A stretch of 64,000 nt of DNA, from NCBI GenBank assembly GCA_012295275.1, contig CM022667.1, positions 11,532,001 through 11,596,000 of the forward strand, read 5' to 3'. Source of the stretch: Chrysomallon squamiferum. Lineage: Eukaryota > Animalia > Mollusca. Each line of letters opens with the position of its first letter. The stretch's first letter is position 1. The notes below the pieces were generated by a model. That model searched no databases. It had not been told where the DNA came from and was given only the letters and a program-made list of their open reading frames with translations. This document shows positions 61,802-64,000 of this stretch, piece by piece. The translations under genes were made by a program, and so were the position numbers.

Positions 61802-62007
61802 TCACATTGGTTTCTCACAAATGTAATTGCCTCTTGTAGAACATGTGTTCCACGGAATACGTAACATTACACAGTCTTCGTTAGCGTTACTATTGCGAGG
61901 TTCGCCTGCTCCCCAGTTGAAAAACACTGCCTGAACTCCGTTCTCCCAAACATACACGTCTTCTGTAACTTCATCCGTCAGTCCGATGTACAAATATGTA
62001 TCTGTGT
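61802..62007 (-). pseudogene. Orphan L2-like CTL exon 4 with a 15-nt in-frame deletion
   Basis: DTDTYLYIGLTDEVTEDVYVWENG...EPRNSNANEDCVMLRIPWNT-----CSTRGNYICEKPM*; 206 vs 221 nt. No exon 3 found upstream within the window. Confidence 0.8.
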
Positions 62008-62163
62008 CTGAATAATAACAACAACAACAGAAATAATAAAAATACCAAAGACGACAAAAACAAAGACGACAACAATGACAATGACGATGATGATGATGAT
62101 GATGATGATTATATTAATAACAATAACAATAATATTAACAACAACAACAACAACAACAACAAC

Positions 62164-62203
<40 letters not shown>

Positions 62204-64000
62204 TAATAATTAAATATGTAAAATGCATTATCTATATTAAGGTGGAATTATTTCCAGCCAGATGGTTTGGCAAACAGAGCAACATTTTACTGATAAGAAG
62301 CAATAAAACAATAATGACAGCAACAGCAACAACAACAACTAGATAAGCAACTTCAGAAAAACACAACAACAAGAACAACAATAAAAAAAAAAAAAAAAAT
62401 AGATACTCAAATATATGACGCAAAATAATAATAAAGAGAAAGATAGTGATAATAATAACAACAACAACAACAACAACAACAACACAAGCAACAACAACAA
62501 CACAAGGACCAACACAACCAAAAAAACAAGAAACAGAAACAATTTGATATATCATATGGCATCTAACAACAAAGTGTTTACCACACTAACTAATTTTGAT
62601 GTTTAATTTTTAAACGTTTAATGAAACGTGTTTTTCTTGCGTGCATGTGACGACAGTAGGATATATCATAAATAAATAACTGAAAAAGGATACGTAACAA
62701 CAAAAGCTACTAAATCGATAATAGGGCGGATACAAGATTACTTAAGAGGGGAGGTACATGATATGGTGGTTAATTCTGATGTTTCAATATAAAGAAATAA
62801 ATAACTGTGGCTTGGAAAAATATTGAAAGCTCAACTTTGGCTGGAAATGGAAATGGAAATGTTCTAACAGAGTAAGCTATGTCAGCGCTGTGTTTAAGTA
62901 TAATTTTAAAAAGCTACAGTTTAGCGTGTCAGTGAAATGGTCTCTAATATTTTCAGTTCAGTTATTATACTTGTATTATTCTCGGTTAAAACTTGTAAGT
63001 TCTCACTGAAGTTTACAAAGCTTACAACTTTTTTCACGTAAGTCTAACCCTGGCCCTGCATGTGTTTCATTATAAAGCCACGCATATTCATTGTTTGGCA
63101 AACATTTGAGTTTGAAGTCTGAAAACATTCATTGACAACAAAGAGTAGTAATATGACCTGTCAGAGAATTATCGAATTGTATTACTTAGTACGTGAGAAG
63201 TGTACGCAAACTCGATGAAAAATTTAACAAATTCTTCTAGTAGGGAATAAACAAGTAGTTGTTATAGATTTTCCTGCCCAAAGGAATAAACAGGTTTCTG
63301 TCGCATTTGTCAGTGCTGCTGGTTGTTGCATGTTTTACGTGCATGGTGGTTCATTCCTTAGAGAACCTGGATATAACAGATCCCAGGATCAACTCTCCGC
63401 ATCGGCCCCTATTGATTATTTCTTTCTCAGCAAGATAATAATAATAAAATATCCTTGGTTGCTAATCAAAAAGGTTTCCTCAAACATATGACAAATAAAA
63501 AATAATAATAATAAAAAATAAAGAATAAATAAATAAAAAATAAATAAAAAACAAAAAACATAAGAAAATAATAAATATATAAGTAATAAATAACAATTAA
63601 ATTAAAAAAAAAAAGATAGATAGATAGATAGATAAATAAATAAATAAACAAATAAATAAATAAATATTAATAACAGCGATAACGAATGAATAACGATGAT
63701 GATGCTAATAATGATGATGCAATACTAATAAGTGTTATATTATAAATTAACAAATAGTACGAACGAATAAACAGTCAAAAATAAAAAAAAAATACATAAA
63801 TAAATAAAATAGTTTATTTGCTTTTACTTTATTCAAGAAATAAGAAGTCAGTTTCACAGCGGTTTTCCACAAATTTTCTTTTCTGATATAACGGGACTAA
63901 CGTCGACTCATATTTTGCTTTTTTGTGATTAGTTTTACACAATCTTCCACGTCCAGGTTTGTGCTTATTTTGTTTTCCATTTTTCAAACTGGACGTGTTC

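Larger units (their letters stand above)
57340..62030 (-). repeat. Inverted duplicate of ~31.9-37.4 kb (L2 last exon, spacer, L3, spacer)
   Basis: 57511-58030 is the near-exact reverse complement of 36120-36640; 60100-61800 corresponds more loosely to 32100-34370. Confidence 0.85.

Noticed and set aside
63340-63415. Possible tRNA/SINE-like segment
   Set aside because: A/B boxes too degenerate and no cloverleaf can be drawn.

Overview
Very AT-rich, microsatellite-dense, intron-containing animal genomic DNA. A mollusc or other lophotrochozoan is plausible, but that is inference only. Almost all ORF-track entries are simple-repeat artefacts. Manual splicing reveals two gene arrays. (1) A tandem/inverted array of 4-exon secreted PAN/Apple + C-type lectin genes: L1 (partial, divergent) at 0.5-3.9 kb, L2-L7 on + at 30.7-52.0 kb, L8 on - at 58.0-59.6 kb, and two pseudogene relics. 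The array shows a hypervariable sugar-binding loop, mosaic exons and swapped or duplicated signal-peptide exons. (2) Between L1 and L2, and essentially invisible to the ORF track, a family of four intact, highly diverged genes (S1-S4, + strand) plus a fifth inverted partial copy (S5). They are built from 27-34 nt micro-exons and encode 89-100 aa proteins with a C-x4-C-x(9-11)-C-x2-F-C motif that I cannot assign to any known family. A Tigger/pogo transposase relic, a MITE, an interspersed repeat and several minisatellites are also present. All coordinates were derived by hand from the sequence.
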